A stretch of 63,992 nt of DNA, counting the filler, from Basidiobolus ranarum (lineage: Eukaryota): NCBI GenBank assembly GCA_040143965.1. It is 4 parts of 4 records of this genome, joined end to end, with 100 filler letters (N's around TTAATTAATTAA, not from the genome) between each part and the next. Parts side by side here need not be neighbours in the genome. Positions count along the whole stretch, not along the records: positions 1 to 16,181 come from JASJQH010007226.1; 3 more parts are not named here. The stretch is one strand, 5' to 3'. The notes beneath the pieces are model-generated. The model made no database searches. It was not told the DNA's origin and worked only from the letters and a program-made list of their open reading frames with translations. Each line of letters opens with the position of its first letter. The first letter of the stretch is position 1. This document shows positions 1 through 14,311 of the stretch, piece by piece. Position numbers and translations under genes: made by a program.

Positions 1-1987
1 GGGTTGAATCTGGTATGCAGACAGGAGAATCACTCGGATACCCATCAGAAGAAGGAGTTGTGATGGGCAGATGGGATCTGGTGATGCTGCTGAGTGAGGA
101 AGCTATCAACTAGAACCAGCACCAGTTGCATCTCTACCATTAGGTTAATAACAAATGACTATGTGAAGGATCCAAGGAGGGCGAGGCTCAATACATGTTA
201 ATTTGAGATAGTAGCTATGAACCACATAAATGCGTCAAATGAGGATCGATGTCCGAACCTTGTGATCCAAGCGGTGGAAGGATATATAATATAACGAACA
301 AGAGTACCCAAGTTCCCTTCATGATATGAATATATTGGCGTAATCTAACGACATGTTAGGGAATAAGAACACCCCTTGAAATATCCAAAAATGAAAACTA
401 GCGATATTTAATGGCCGTTTTTTACCGATATTAATGTCCGTATTTACGAGCCGTGAGCTGTGATCCTCTCGGCTCACTATGTACACTCATCACTAAATGT
501 TTTCCCATATGGCGATGACGGAGTTATCTTTAGTACCTCAGGATGAATCAAATATCGAGCCAAGTGCCTCTAGAGGAGCCAGTCAAGTTGTTTTGTAAAT
601 GGTACCCTGAGGGTCTTTTACAGATGATTTCTGTGTAGCCTAAGCCTTCATGTTATTGGGGTTTGATTCATTCATTCCCTTAGAGTCATGCCTCATGGGA
701 AGCGAATTCAGTCCTTACGTAATAAGGATACTGCTAAATTAAGCTATGAATAGCCACAATACAGGGATGCGCCTCACTATCACTTGTGGATATTTAAATG
801 ATTAAAATACAGGAATTGCGGACATGAAAAATATCCAGAATGTTCAAGTCGTGGTTCAGAATATCCGGCTCCAAATACGCTCTACTCACTCTATGGATCC
901 ACTAATGTAGCAGATCTGGATATATGAAGTTGGCAATTGATTAACAACTTTGCTAAATGAAACATGGAAATGAAAGCTTAATATAGCATACACTCATATA
1001 TATAGAGATCAATGCCTCTCTTTACTGTCTACTTCCAATCTCGCATTGGTTAAGATTGGCTTCTCTCGGAAATAGAAGCCATGTTCATAACCAGAACATT
1101 GAAATGTTTACTCATTCTGCTGTTCTACATCATTATGAATAGTTGATGGAGAAGGTTGTCTTAAAACTCACCGCACAAACTAGCAATATCCAGGAATTGT
1201 GACTAAACGCAACCCGATGATTCCAGCCATCGAAGAGACAATATAGTTGCAGAGGTTTAGCTTCAGTCAAGATCGATCCTTGCGAGCACTTTATAACCGC
1301 TAGATCAAGCATAATATATCTTCGATTCATAAAAGAAGCTTTCCTGATTTTGGTTGACTAAGTGGAGTTACAAGTAAAGAGAGTTTCATTTGGTTGCCCA
1401 CAACTTATCCATGTAGGAACATGATTTCCCATATTCCCCTGAGTTGAGCTGATTTCTGGTCACGAAGATTCCAATCGAGTTGAATATAGAGTTGATACAA
1501 AGCCTGAACACCTTATCTCTTGATATCAATTTATAAGGAGTTTCATTCGTTCGCTGTCAAGATTTCTTATATTATCAACTACCATATTTGGATTGTAGAT
1601 GGAAAGTTATAGCGTGCAGCTAGCCAAGTGATTACTTACGACAACTGATATTTATTTTTACTGCTAGTAACACATTAGCTACCTTAGCCATTTGTCGGTA
1701 GATATACTTACTAAGTCACTTTTAATGATCTTAAGCATTAACTTTCACGTTCTGGTTTCCGAGAAAATGGATAGTTCAAGATTCACTATTAGTTAATTAA
1801 CTATTTATACTGTGTAAATTTTTCTACCATGAAATCCAATCCTTCAAAAGCACCACTTGTCAATATCTTCTATATCACGTGATACTCCGAGTTGAACATA
1901 CTTCAGCATCTTTTTGGGATGACCTTGCCTTGGTTTCAACAAAGTCTTTTTGCCACTCTCTGTTTGTAAACTTGAAAATTCAAAGCG

Positions 1988-3793
1988 ATGTCCACCAATG
2001 CTAATGAAGGTGCTAGTGTTAATACCAAAGGCATTGGTATTGCCAATTTACCCAACCAAAGACATAGAATCGTGACGAAACAAGGCGCCAATTTCACCAT
2101 TATGGTCATAGGTAAGAGTTTTTGTTAATTTCTCACTCATTTACATTTATTCCCCTTCAAGAGCCTAAAATTCCTTGGTTTATAATACATCAAATTCATT
2201 TAGGGGAGTCTGGACTAGGAAAAACTACTTTTATCAATACTCTATTCACTACTACTATTAAGGACCACCAAGAGATAGAAAAAAGACACGCTAAACAGTT
2301 GGAAAAAACGGTGGAAATCTCCATCACTAAAGCTGGTACGAGAGAATTTTGAAAGCTCAGTTTCGGTTGAGTTATATTTATTATTGCGTTTGACTCAACA
2401 TTTTTGCATCTACTTAGAACTGGAGGAGAAAATGTTCAACGTCAAGCTTAACGTCATAGACACTCCCGGCTTTGGTGACTATGTTGACAACAGTGATAGC
2501 TGGGTACCTATTATCGATTTTATTGATGGCCAATATGAGTCTTACATGAAGCAAGAACAACAACCTATAAGAAGAGGTATTATCGATATGCGTGTTCATG
2601 TTTGTCTCTACTTTATTAGGCCTACCGGACACAGGTTGACCCATTCTTCATAATTCGTCAATCTCCTTCTTTATATTGATTTAACTCTCTCTACAATAGT
2701 TTGAAGCCTCTTGATATCGAGATTATGAAGCACCTAAGCTCTCGTGTCAATTTAATCCCCGTAATTGCCAAGGCCGACACACTCTCACCATTTGCACTCC
2801 AACAATTCAAAAAAAGAGTAAGCTAGCAATCTATACAAATTTATTTCAAGCTTCATTCGTTCCCTTGTGGACAATCTTACTGATGAAAACCCTCAGATTA
2901 GAGAAACTATTGATGCTCAAGATATTCGTGTTTATACTTGCCCAATTGAAAGTGAGGATGAAGGAACCACTTCTAGAAACAAGGATATCATGGTATTTGT
3001 TATATCGTCTAACAGAAGCTAGTAAGAAACTGTTTAAACCTAATGCTACTTGTACTTTTGTTGTAGAGCGCAATGCCATTTGCTATCATTGGTAGTGACC
3101 AAGACGTAATGACTAAAGATGGTAGAAAGGTGAAAGGCAGAGAGTATCCTTGGGGTGTTGTTGAAGGTATGACTTGTTGATGCATGTTGTGAACTTATTA
3201 TAATTCATTGACGTTTCCCGTAAAATTCTTCAGTCGAAAATGACGCCCATTGTGACTTCAAAAAACTCCGAGACCTGTTGATTAGGTAAACAACGAGACT
3301 ATTTCGAAATATGGTCTAGAATTAATTTTCTAATCGATTTTCTCTGGACAATCATAGAGTCCATATGCTCGATCTCATCTCTAGTACCGAAGATATACAT
3401 TACGACAACTTTAGAAATGTGTATATGAATAGCACTGAACCAAAGTAAGAACAATGTAAGATTTTCATGTGTCTGATCTATTGGCTAATCCTTTGTAGAC
3501 CAAGACCCGAGAATAAGAAGCACAAGGAGGAGGAAGAAGCTCTTCATAAAAGATTTGCTGAGCAAGTCAAATTAGAAGAGGCCAGATTCCGCCAGTGGGA
3601 ACAAAGAGTAAGCATAACCCGTACTTATTACATTGTCAATAGCACACTAAACCATTCTCAACTATAGTTGATTGCTGAACGAGTTCACCTGAATGAAGAT
3701 CTCGAGGTTGGACATAACCTTGTCAAGCAGTTGGAGGTTGAGGTTGAAGCATTGGGAAATGCTCAGTCACCTAAGCCTTACAAGAAATATTAA
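1988..3793 (+). CDS. CDC12: Septin, Cdc12/AspC/Spn4 group (multi-exon)
   Basis: ATG at 1988 gives [29 protein letters not shown]. The P-loop GESGLGKTT is joined across intron 2112-2203. G3 DTPGFGD, AKAD, GREYPWG, HCDF and a C-terminal coiled coil [26 protein letters not shown] are present. TAA at 3791-3793; GT-AG introns throughout. Confidence 0.9.
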
Positions 3794-4422
3794 ACTCTCC
3801 ATATGCCAACAAGCTTTCTCCACATGATTTATCTCAGATTTTGAGCAAAAGTAAACAGTTATTCACTTCATCAATTCATTTCTCATTTATTCCATTCCAT
3901 ACCTCACTCTCCCTTCCTCCATCTTTTATAGTCAAATATAAATCTATAGTTTCTTGTCGTATCTATCCATTAAAATGGCATTTATTGGGCCTCATGGCCT
4001 CACTATGAAGAAGTGATATGTCGCACACATGTGTGGAAATTCTAGTAGAAATAGATGCAAGAGGAATGGTACGTACATAAGATTTACTTAAAGAAGGGAT
4101 AGAAACAACTCTAATATCATATACATAGTGAAACCGGATGTGTGGGTTACTGATATGTTCAATGAACGAATCACAGTAATGAATGAGGTTAGACAAACCA
4201 TCCGTGAAATACAAAGAGCGATATATGTTTCGTGAGTACATGAATAAGGGGGAAAGGATTTCAGATAAAGTGGGCGTGTGTGTAAGCGGTATTTACTAAG
4301 AATACATACAATATGAGAGAGCGATAACTGTGCAACAAAATTATACGGGGCGAGTAACGGCCTCTCAGTAGGAACTAGCTACAGAGTAACAGATTTAGGT
4401 GTGAACTGAGTCATGATGTAGA

Positions 4423-7400
4423 TTAAGATACGCAACAGTCCTGGGGTGGCCTTTTGGATTTCATCAATCCTCTAGCTCTAAACCGCGAGAACCGATTGTC
4501 CTGGTAATTGGATCCAGAAGAAGATATACTACTCCCATTCTCGTAAATACCATCATCTGGAGCACCGGTAGGGGTTCGATTGTTATGGCGAACAAGACCA
4601 GTGCTGTGGATTCGTCTGGAATTGGAGCTAGTAAGACTGTGTATTGGTGTATTGCTCTTAAATAAGAAATTAGTATTATTTATCTCAGTTAATGATTCTT
4701 CAACAAATATATACCGGTGTTCTAGGCTCGCATACAAGTGGATTTGAATTGGCGCACTCCACATGGCATACCAGACCACAATCTAATTCCGAAAATAAGT
4801 AAATAAAATCATGATAATTTAATAAACTCGAGATCATTACCATCACAAAAGAATGCACGTTTCTTCACAAATTCTTGGCAGATTCGACATTCTACTACAG
4901 CTATTGATGTGTTAGCGATGTATGTAGAGGCATAAACCAATTCTTTTGGTAATAAATTTACCTTTGTTAAAGGAACACTTTACGAATCGATGAAACCGTG
5001 GCTACAAATCAATGGTTAGTTTAAATAGCAGAGGAGGAGACACTCTAGATGTAATTACTGGATTCCCCATGGCATCTGTATCAGATTTCGTACGGTCATG
5101 AGAGATTATATTGTCCATACGACCTGAAGGTGAAGGTAGACTCCTATGGAAAGGACTTCCTTCTACATGAACGGCAATCTTTTCGATTGACCGGATGCTG
5201 CCATTCTTTCGCAGTTCCTACGATATTGGATGCTCAAGTAAGTACTTTGATAAAAAAAGCACTAAACACGTATTCAAAATAGCTTACGTGAACTACTCGG
5301 TCCTCTACCAGCCACTGGTGATGATAAAGATCTCTGGCTGTCGGTCTCTTTTTTGGATCCTTCTGGAAACATTGCAAAAGGAAAGTTCTCAGTTTCTATT
5401 GTATAACAAAAAGGTGTAAGTGACTGTTGGTTACATATCATGACTAATTAGTAGTAGTTTACATTGGATATATTATCGGGTAATGGAGGACAATCATCTT
5501 CTACAATTCTAAATAAAGCGGTAAGCGGCATCAAATCATAATACGGAGGCTTTCCAGTTAACAGTTCAATTATGGTACAGCCAAGGCTCCTAAAAAACAG
5601 CATGTTAACGATATACATGTCACACTATCTTCTCGAAATTTCTACGAAAATTACCAGATATCAGATGCAGTGGAAGCTCCTTGGAGTTCAATAATCTCAG
5701 GCGCCACTAAAAAAATGAACATTAATCTACGTACTTATAAGAGAGATTGATATTGAACATACTCCAGTTGGGTGTACCGGCAACCGTGGGGTTGGCGCTG
5801 ACATTGGTAAGGTTTGATTCGAGAAGCTTGAGGTTCAGAGAAACTCCAAAATCGCTTAGCTTGATGTTTCCACTCTTCGTACTGAGAATATTAGCAGCCT
5901 TGAGATCACAATGCACAACCTAATATTGATTAGAAAAAACATGAAAATCTAAACAACAAAATAAACTTGTTGGTAGCTTACTTCTTGGTCATGCAAATAC
6001 ATAAGACCTTCTAAGATTTTCAACGCGTATTTTCTTACTAATTTCTCAGGAAAACGTCCTCCGAAGTCCTTCAATGTTTTAAGCATAGAACCATTTTCAA
6101 CGTATCTAGAGCGTATTATTTAGTTTTCTGCTAAACTCTTTCTCAATCACTATTACTTACTCGATAACAATGTACAACGAATCATCCGTTCGTATAGATC
6201 CTTCATATGTTACAATCTGGGGATGACTCAAGGACTTCAATAAGTCGACCTCATTCTAATAGAACAAAAGCATACTTGTTAGTTAGCAATTATAAATAGT
6301 GTTCAATGCTGGAGATCCCATACCATCAATGAGTCGATATGCTCCTTATGATCAGCTATTTTCATTCGCTTTACAGCAACCATTTGTCCATTTTCTAAAT
6401 TCAAAGCCCTAAAAGTTGTCGAGACAGAATCATAAGTATATTACTACTACACCCAAATGAAAAGGTATCTTGTGCTTACTTGTACACTGTGCCAAATTGC
6501 CCTTTACCGATACGATTACCCATTTGCTGGAATAGAAACCAAAGTTAGCGAGATCCCAAATAAATAACAAACAATCGTCTTTACATATTGGGATATGATT
6601 TGAGACACCTCGGAAAATACTTCCAATCTTTCTTTGACCGTTGCTGTTCTGCCGCCTTGATTACTATCACTGCGTCGAAGAGCATTCGAAATGTACTCTT
6701 CGGCATCGAAATCCTCATGTTTTCTTTCAGATAAGCAGCGGGATCGGATTGTTTTGGTAGGGGATTTCCTGGGTGAATACTTTCTGAGGCCACCCTCTTC
6801 AAAATTCTCGGACAAGCAACGCGGTCTGACAAGTTTAGTTGGCGAAACCTTTTCAAAAAGCATCTCAGGACTTTTTTCTTCCAACTTCTCTGATAAGTAA
6901 CGAGACCTAATGGATTTTGTTGGTGAGATATCATCAGATAACCCGGATATTGTACTATCATCGAAACTGTCTGATAACAGATGCGATTGCGATAACTGAT
7001 TTGGAGAACTATCGGGTGAAATCATCGTAGACGAAACGCTGGCACTTTCAAATGTGTCAGACAGATATTGATCTTGGATATGTTGTGTAGAGGATGCTCG
7101 TTTGTGGGATTTGCGAGCAGGTTTCTCAATTGTTGAGGGTTGGCTATCTGTGACAAGAAAGGCGTGTTTCTTTTTCCTTAAAGTAATATTGGTTTGAGTA
7201 GGGCTTAACTGGCGAGATATACATTCGGACTCGTTGCTGATAGAACTGCTATAGGATTCAAAAGATTCTTTTTTGGGAGAACTTTGAAGTTTTTCGTCAT
7301 ACATTACAGCGACATCTTTTTGTGGCACGGGAAGAGGGTTTGGCAGATCATCCGCGTTCACCTTTAGATTTCCATTAGGATGGATAAGCTCATTGTAGGA

Positions 7401-8053
7401 CTGTGCTCTACGACTGAGAGGTACTCCAGCAATGATTCTCTCAATTGTGAGAATAGTGAAGATAACCTAAAATACAGAATATCGATAAATAAAATTATTA
7501 ACAAACGCGCTCCCAAGGTTAACATACTCGTGACATATTTTTCTTTTCGTATAGATCGACTGTCTCAAAAAGATCGAATTTTTGCAAACCGAGTTTGCTA
7601 CAAGCTTCCAAAAAGTGAGATATATTTTGCATCTATCATATGTATTAAGTCCATTAGTAAAGAAAAATATGATATAATAGCAAAAGTTGCGTTTCTCTCC
7701 ACTAAATTTATGTCTAACCTGAAAAAATGGCATTTTTTTCGTACTAATTTGCGGAATGGCTCCAGGTTTAAGCTTGTTTAGCATTCTTTAGGAAATCAAA
7801 ATTAGAATTAAGTCATAGATCTAATCAGATAAATAATCAAGGTTTCTTACTTGCATAACAGGACACCATCGCGTAAAGATTGATAAAGTTCAACTTCTGG
7901 AAATGGATAACCGAGGACTGTCTCGAGAAAGTGTTGAGCAGCTAGTTGATTTTTTAGTTGCTGTTCGGCTCTAGCTTTATCTACAACTTCTTGTGATTTT
8001 TTAGTGTCAAGGCTGGAAAAGCGATTGTTGTTTGAACTCCCCAGTGAAGTCAT
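4423..8053 (-). CDS. Ser/Thr protein kinase (Cdc15/SepH-like STE kinase domain) with N-terminal calponin-homology domain, C1 zinc finger and C-terminal CCVS prenylation motif (multi-exon)
   Basis: [10 protein letters not shown]...NKLKPG...[29 protein letters not shown]. Ser-rich linker. Kinase: [43 protein letters not shown]. Spliced C1: [47 protein letters not shown]. Last exon ends QDCCVS*. Confidence 0.85.
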
Positions 8054-9239
8054 GAGTAATAAATATTACAAAAGAAACAAAAGACTAAGAGTGTACAAAA
8101 ACTACGGTACTTCTCTTTCAAGAAGAACGATTTAACAGAAAGGAGGTGGTATCGCGAAGGGAGTTAACCTGCCAAGATAATAATATATTCAAACAAACTT
8201 AACGGAGTAAAAACCAACGCCGAAAGTACATAAGAAGCAAAGAGAGATAAATAACCTGTTCAAGGCTGTGAAGGAAATTGAAATATTAAGCCGTGGAATG
8301 ACTTGTTACAGAGTTTGGTTTGTGATTTACATGTAAATATCCAAGGCTAATAGATCTCGACATTACTAAGTAGGATATTATTGCACTCGTGACTAAGAAT
8401 GGGGTGTTTTCATTTATAGATCACATATAAGCCGAGGGCTTAACTTGAAATCTGGATCATCGGGAATTATGTCTCCAATACACTGGCAAAAGCAAAACAA
8501 CAATCAACTTTGGAAGTCACATTCCAAATGGAAACCACTTTTTACACCAACAAAAGTCATAGCCATATGATAAGTACAACGCACCACTACCTCCAAGTCC
8601 ACAACTATGTGATGTCGCTACATTCCTGCAACAGCCACCATCACTCCGTCACTACTTTCACCAGGTGATTCTAAATCTATCTTGAGATTCCTTGTTGTGT
8701 CAGCATTGCACCTTGTTTACGTTTCCATTAAATCAACAAGATTGGCCAATTTAATCAGTACAGTATATTCCAAAATTAGACCGTGCTCCGATTCGATTGG
8801 CTTTGACGGCTGTTCCACATCCCAAATGGGATGCGTTTTTGTTGTTGTTGAACCAACAGTCAACAATGCTAGAAAAGTGCGCGGAACTCAAAGCCACCAC
8901 GAAATCTAGCTTGTAGTAATTCCCCTTCCATCTATCCGTTTGTGTATCATGCGTGGCGGGTTTTAAAAGCATGCGTTCTAGTTTGGTTTCAATCAAATTT
9001 GTAGATTTTGCATAGGTCTACTTGGTAGTGCATCTTTGATTTCATGGTTGATCCGTAAACTAGATGGCTAAGCGATGTCAATGATCATAGTCCCACTTAC
9101 TTGCTAGAACTTGTATACAAAACTGGCCACTTGTTTGCCAGTTTGTGTTAATAAGTCATCTTGCTCAAGGGAACTACTCAAAATATGAAAAAGGAGATTG
9201 GGCTGAACATGCAGCTAAGTCATCACACATATTTTGACC

Positions 9240-9790
9240 TTGCTCAATATCCACCACGTAGTCATCAAGTCTTGAGAGCTCCTTCAAGCTACTACTGACT
9301 TGGCTCTGCTGCTTAATTTGCACTGATTAAGGCATTCCTTGCGCTGGTTTATATTTGGCAATATATCTTAATTAAGTGACTTTAGAGGTCAACGGATATA
9401 AGGAGACTATACGAGCTTATTGCTCTAAACCGGTGTTATTTTAAACCTACATGAGGCCTCATTATTATTTAGGCACTTCTTGAGCTAAATAGCACAGGGT
9501 ACCAGGGTATATCAACTAATATCAAGGCCTACGGAAACACTCCTATGCCTAACTAAGAAGTATTATCCACTTACTGCAAAAGCTGCCATTCAATTTGAGC
9601 ACAAGTAAACAGGATGGGCTTTGTAGGTGTTCCAATGTGGCTAAATTCTGAAATATCCCAGTAAAGGCTCATCATTATCAACAAGAAATTCATTTATACT
9701 GTATCTAACTCCAAACCCTAGCCTCTGATATTTTACCTTAGGTTGGTCATAGGTCGTTATTAGTTTGAGGGGAACCTCAAGGTTTATGCA
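9240..9790 (-). mobile_element. Possible heavily degraded tyrosine-recombinase (Crypton/Ndc10-like) transposon relic
   Basis: Broken minus-strand fragments LITTYDQPKVKYQRLGFG, YFLVR..FP..WYPVLF and KECLNQCKLSSRAK fall in the order expected for a Crypton recombinase. Many stops; resemblance judged by eye only. Confidence 0.25.
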
Positions 9791-10922
9791 CAAGCTAGTT
9801 AGTAGGTAAAACACTTTACTAAACGATCTGACCTCATACATTCTTCGTTTGAAAGAGTGAAGCTACAATATGTCTAAATGATTCCATAAACAAATTATAT
9901 AGTTCCGAAACTTATACTGATGCGGAATGATATTTCGAGACTAGAGTGATGGCAAAGCTCAAGAGCTTGTATTTTCTGCATCTATACTATATAGAATTCA
10001 AGTTGCTATATTTCTCGAACTGTTATTGACTGAGGCAAATGAAGTTTGTGACAAAACTCCACTTCAATAGCTATGTGAACCCAATATAGAGGTAACCAAC
10101 GTTGGAGTTAACTAGAAAATCTACACGAGTAGTGCTTACATGATCTAAGAGATTTAGGGAGGCTTCTCTCATTGGGAAATTCAACTAATCCTGTACATCA
10201 AGATAAATGTACATTTCGTGCTAACAGGAAAATGCTTCTATAATGTAAGTGAGACATATGAAAGTAATGTGTTAATTTAATGGACAAGAAATTTGCTGGG
10301 TACTGGAGTCGGATCTTAAATATAACAATTGGATGTTTCATTATCGACTGTTTAGATTACTTTTAGAACTGTCCATCTCACGTAAACTAGGAATATGCCT
10401 TGTCTGGGTTATTACTTTAACTTGAAAAACACGATCAAGTGTCAACATTCTATCGTTAATGAACGGAGATTTGATCACCTCTTTCCTCTCATATCTTCAA
10501 ACAACATAATTTTTTGTAATATCACAAAATAGGATGCTTAGAGGAATTCAAATGGTCTAAGGGCGCGTAGAAGATCCGAAGAGTTGTGTGACGTAATCCG
10601 GAGGCAAATATCCAGGCTTCTCTAACAAACGCTAGTCTCTGCCGAAGTTTCTCCGCTCGTCAGATATTGTGTAACTTTCTGAGCTTATCAGAAGTGATTG
10701 CTGTATTTCAAGATTAAAAAAATAGTTAATTCCATTGCTTCAAATTATCCATTTGAACTCTACAAAATATCAAGTAACATATGACAGTCAATATTTCCCA
10801 ATATTATCAAGTCGTTACCCTACTTAGATAATTGCCAAGAGATAAATAGAATAACAGAACTCCAGCAATTCATTTATCCATTTTATTGAGCTCTTCTCTC
10901 AAGCGACCGTCAGTTCAAAATC

Positions 10923-11657
10923 ATGAACAACGTCAGTCACCCATATTACCCACGGGACCTTCTTCTGCCTCATTATGTTGCTAATACTTTGGGAATGGAT
11001 TACATTCTCTCAGTAGTATTCTCAACCTTTGGTATAATTCTTCTGGCTGCTGGCGCCCTTATTATCAAGAAGAAACAAGTAAGCGCTGGAGACCGCCTAG
11101 TATTTATGTGGTGCGTTATAAGTGGATGCATCCATATGTTCCTTGAAGGTTACTTTGCTGTTTATCACGCGTCTCTTGCTGGTGACCAAGGTATAATGGG
11201 TCAAGTATGGAAAGAATATTCTAAAGGAGATTCTAGATACTTGAGCAGCGATTCGTTCGTTGTGAACATGGAAAGGATTACTGCGGTAAGTATTTTGTTT
11301 CCAACGTCATACAGCAATGTTAAAGATTAATTTATTTCGATCTCTGAATAGTTCATCGATGGACCATTAGCGTTTTACACCGCCTATGCGATATATACAA
11401 ACTCTCCTGGACGCCACGTTGGTCAAATATCTGTTTCCATTTGTCAATTATATGGTTGTGTTCTATACTACCTTACTACTTTATTTGAAGGTTCACCTCA
11501 TAGTGACCCTCACCCTCTCTATTTTTGGTTTTACTTCGTTATCATCAACGCTTTCTGGACCATAATCCCCTTTATCTTGATTAAGCATTCATGGGTTGCC
11601 ATCTGTCATGGTATGACCCTAGCTCACAAAGCAGTTTCTTCTAAGAAACGCAAATAA
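10923..11657 (+). CDS. EBP: Emopamil-binding-protein family sterol delta8-delta7 isomerase (2 exons: 10923-11285, 11352-11657)
   Basis: HPYYP, IHMFLEGYF, WKEYSKGDSRY, MERITA|FIDGPL, QLYGCVLYY and YFWFYFV motifs; C-terminal SKKRK* di-lysine-like ER signal. Confidence 0.9.
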
Positions 11658-12720
11658 GTATTCCTAGTACTTTCTATTATACTCGCTGGAAGTGACTTCA
11701 TTTCTCCTGTTCAACTTTTATCTTTTACACTTTAATATCATATATTTAACAACTGCTGAATAAGATACACCCAATTTCTTTTATGATGATCCAACGTTGT
11801 TGTCATTTCTATTGTATACACATCTTTATCTGACAAGCGTGGTCACTAACTCAAAGCTAACATGTTGAGTAAGATTGATGCAACTCTCTGCTAGTATGCG
11901 TATCCAAGAGCACAATTGGGTTCATTTTCTTGGACCATCAAGATGGCATTATTCACTGTTTTAAGCACGGAGGCCACCCCAACAGTCAGTAGGATTTACA
12001 ATGGTGACACTTCAGAATATATTTAGTAAGCTCTAGTACTTAGTACCCCGCATCATATCTGGATACAATGGGTTACAGAATCTCCCTAAATCTCATCCAT
12101 CGCCCCAAGTAATCAGAAGTATAGTCTGTTTTTACAGATGTCATATATTCGATTCTGCACTGAATCAATTCATCAACCCTAACCCTAAGACAATACAACC
12201 TACCCTAACCACTACATAACGATGCTAAACTATTCGAGGTAGGCACGAAGTAGCTCCCCCCTGTGTGATTCAAGTAAAATGATGCCATTAAATGGGGAAA
12301 TCTAAATTCCCTAGAAGTACAATGACCTTGACCAAGTTATATGTTGTACAAATTATTAGAATTGTTCACATAGATAATTCGTACAAATAAGAACATGCTG
12401 AGGGCTGGTTAGACCTGTGTTCATATAATCTGATAAAAACAACCTAAATTGGGCTTGTGGGGAATACAACTTGAGTAGCGGAGATATTATTGAAATGATG
12501 AATGCATAAAATTACAAAACAAAATAAACAGTACATCGTTTATATTCTCAGTATTCAATCCAATAACAACTATTAATACAATGGAGGAAGTTGCTGTCTT
12601 TACAGGGCTGTAGGCGAGGAATAAATGGACTATTCATAATGTGATAATCAATATCACGAGAAAAGCGCAACGTGCGTGAATCAAAATATCTACCAAATAG
12701 GTCCAGCTATGCTCGATTGG

Positions 12721-13008
12721 TTAGACATAGTGTTTCTCTTCTTTAGTTATAACACTCTCTAGATAGTCGCGCACGGTTGGTTGGCGTTTAGCATAGTGAT
12801 AGACGTACTCAAAATCGAGATCTTGGGCGTCCAAATCTTTCAGGCTATATTGAATTTCATAGTTCGAATTGACAGGCTTTCCTTCTCCAACCTCTAAGCA
12901 AGCAAGTCCATTTTTCGTTTGTTCCCGACAAACAGTTAAAGGAAGTGACGAACCAAACGAGAGCAACCCAAGTATGAGCATAGAAACTTGAACAAGTCTT
13001 AATTCCAT
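12721..13008 (-). CDS. Small putative secreted protein (~95 aa), unknown function
   Basis: ATG at 13008 gives MELRLVQVSMLILGLLSFGSSLPL (signal-peptide-like), two Cys and a KR site; TATA-like sequence about 130 bp upstream. Confidence 0.55.
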   Translation of the reverse strand: MELRLVQVSMLILGLLSFGSSLPLTVCREQTKNGLACLEVGEGKPVNSNYEIQYSLKDLDAQDLDFEYVYHYAKRQPTVRDYLESVITKEEKHYV

Positions 13009-14311
13009 ATCGACCAACATTGACGAGTTTTTTCAGGGATATGAATGTGTGAATATGGTTGTAAATAGAAAAGAGACTTAGAGTGTAAGAAGACAAGCAC
13101 AGCTTTACTATAGGAATACAGTTGATGGATGGCCCAATTTATATCTCTTTGTTATATCTCAGCCTGGCTACCTTACGTCGTACAGTAATATAAGAGACGT
13201 CTTCAGGTCCCATTTGAAGAATGTTGAAATAGACACAATTTGGAATTGACCTTGGATCGTATTATTACTTAATAATTTCACAAAAATTATACTAATCAGT
13301 GTGGATATGAGGGGCCTTAGTTTTGGCGACCAACCGGCTTACCATTATGAAGTAATCAGGTAACCTTATCTTATACGGGAACCCCGCTTATAGTGAAGGT
13401 CCTCTTAATCCAGTGCACGAACATTAAGCTACATGGTCATAGCTGCTGAGTACATTTATTCAGCAGCAGAGTGAATATATTTAGTGTTGCCATAATTACT
13501 ATTAGCCATTTTTATGGCTACTCTGATTTTTAAGAAACCTAACGAATAATAAGCTCAATTCAATTGTAAAAGCGAATGATTCTATTCAAATAGTTATTAC
13601 TCGTTCGTTAACTATTAATAGAAAATAGAAATGTTTCAGAAACATAGGATCAGAGTATCAAGATGTAGAAATCGACTCGCACAACTTGTCAACTATATTA
13701 GGGGATAAAAATAGCAAAAAGCGTTTAGAGTGAAAAATATTCTATTTTATCTTTATCTAGCCTATGTAAAATCATGTTTAGGATGTGCCGCATTATAGGT
13801 TATGCAAAATAACCACTTTACTCTTGGAGGTAATAGAAACATGTCTTCTATCTTCCAACACTTCATAATGAACGATTTATATTTCTAGTACTTTCATATT
13901 GCGAAGTCATTTGTATTTCATAGAGTATAGGAGGTGAAAGCCAAAGACTTAAAATAGTTGAAATGTAATATGCATTTGATACATTCTTGATTTAAGTTTA
14001 AGAAATGAAATGAAAATTGGGATGTCTTTCTACAGTATTCAAAATAAAGTGTAAGAAGTCTGAGATTACCTTGTTAAATTGTGTTTTGTCAGATGACTCC
14101 GTAGGCATTCAGAAAAATATATTAGAAGTTTGAGAAGGACAGATTAAGTTTCGCTTTGCCAAAGTTTGCTAGATAAAACTCTAGTAAATACTGCAACTCT
14201 AAAACATAACCTACTAAATTGGTCTCAAATGAATAGTTCAATACATTCACTGCTACATTCTCTCCAACTCGACGCTGGAAAGACTCGGATATAGCAATGA
14301 ATGAAAGCAAA

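Noticed and set aside
1-1900. Short ORFs or a possible TE remnant upstream of the septin
   Set aside because: No recognisable motif or coherent reading frame.
12175-12210. Telomere-like CCCTAA repeats
   Set aside because: Only two adjacent units plus one degenerate copy; compatible with chance.
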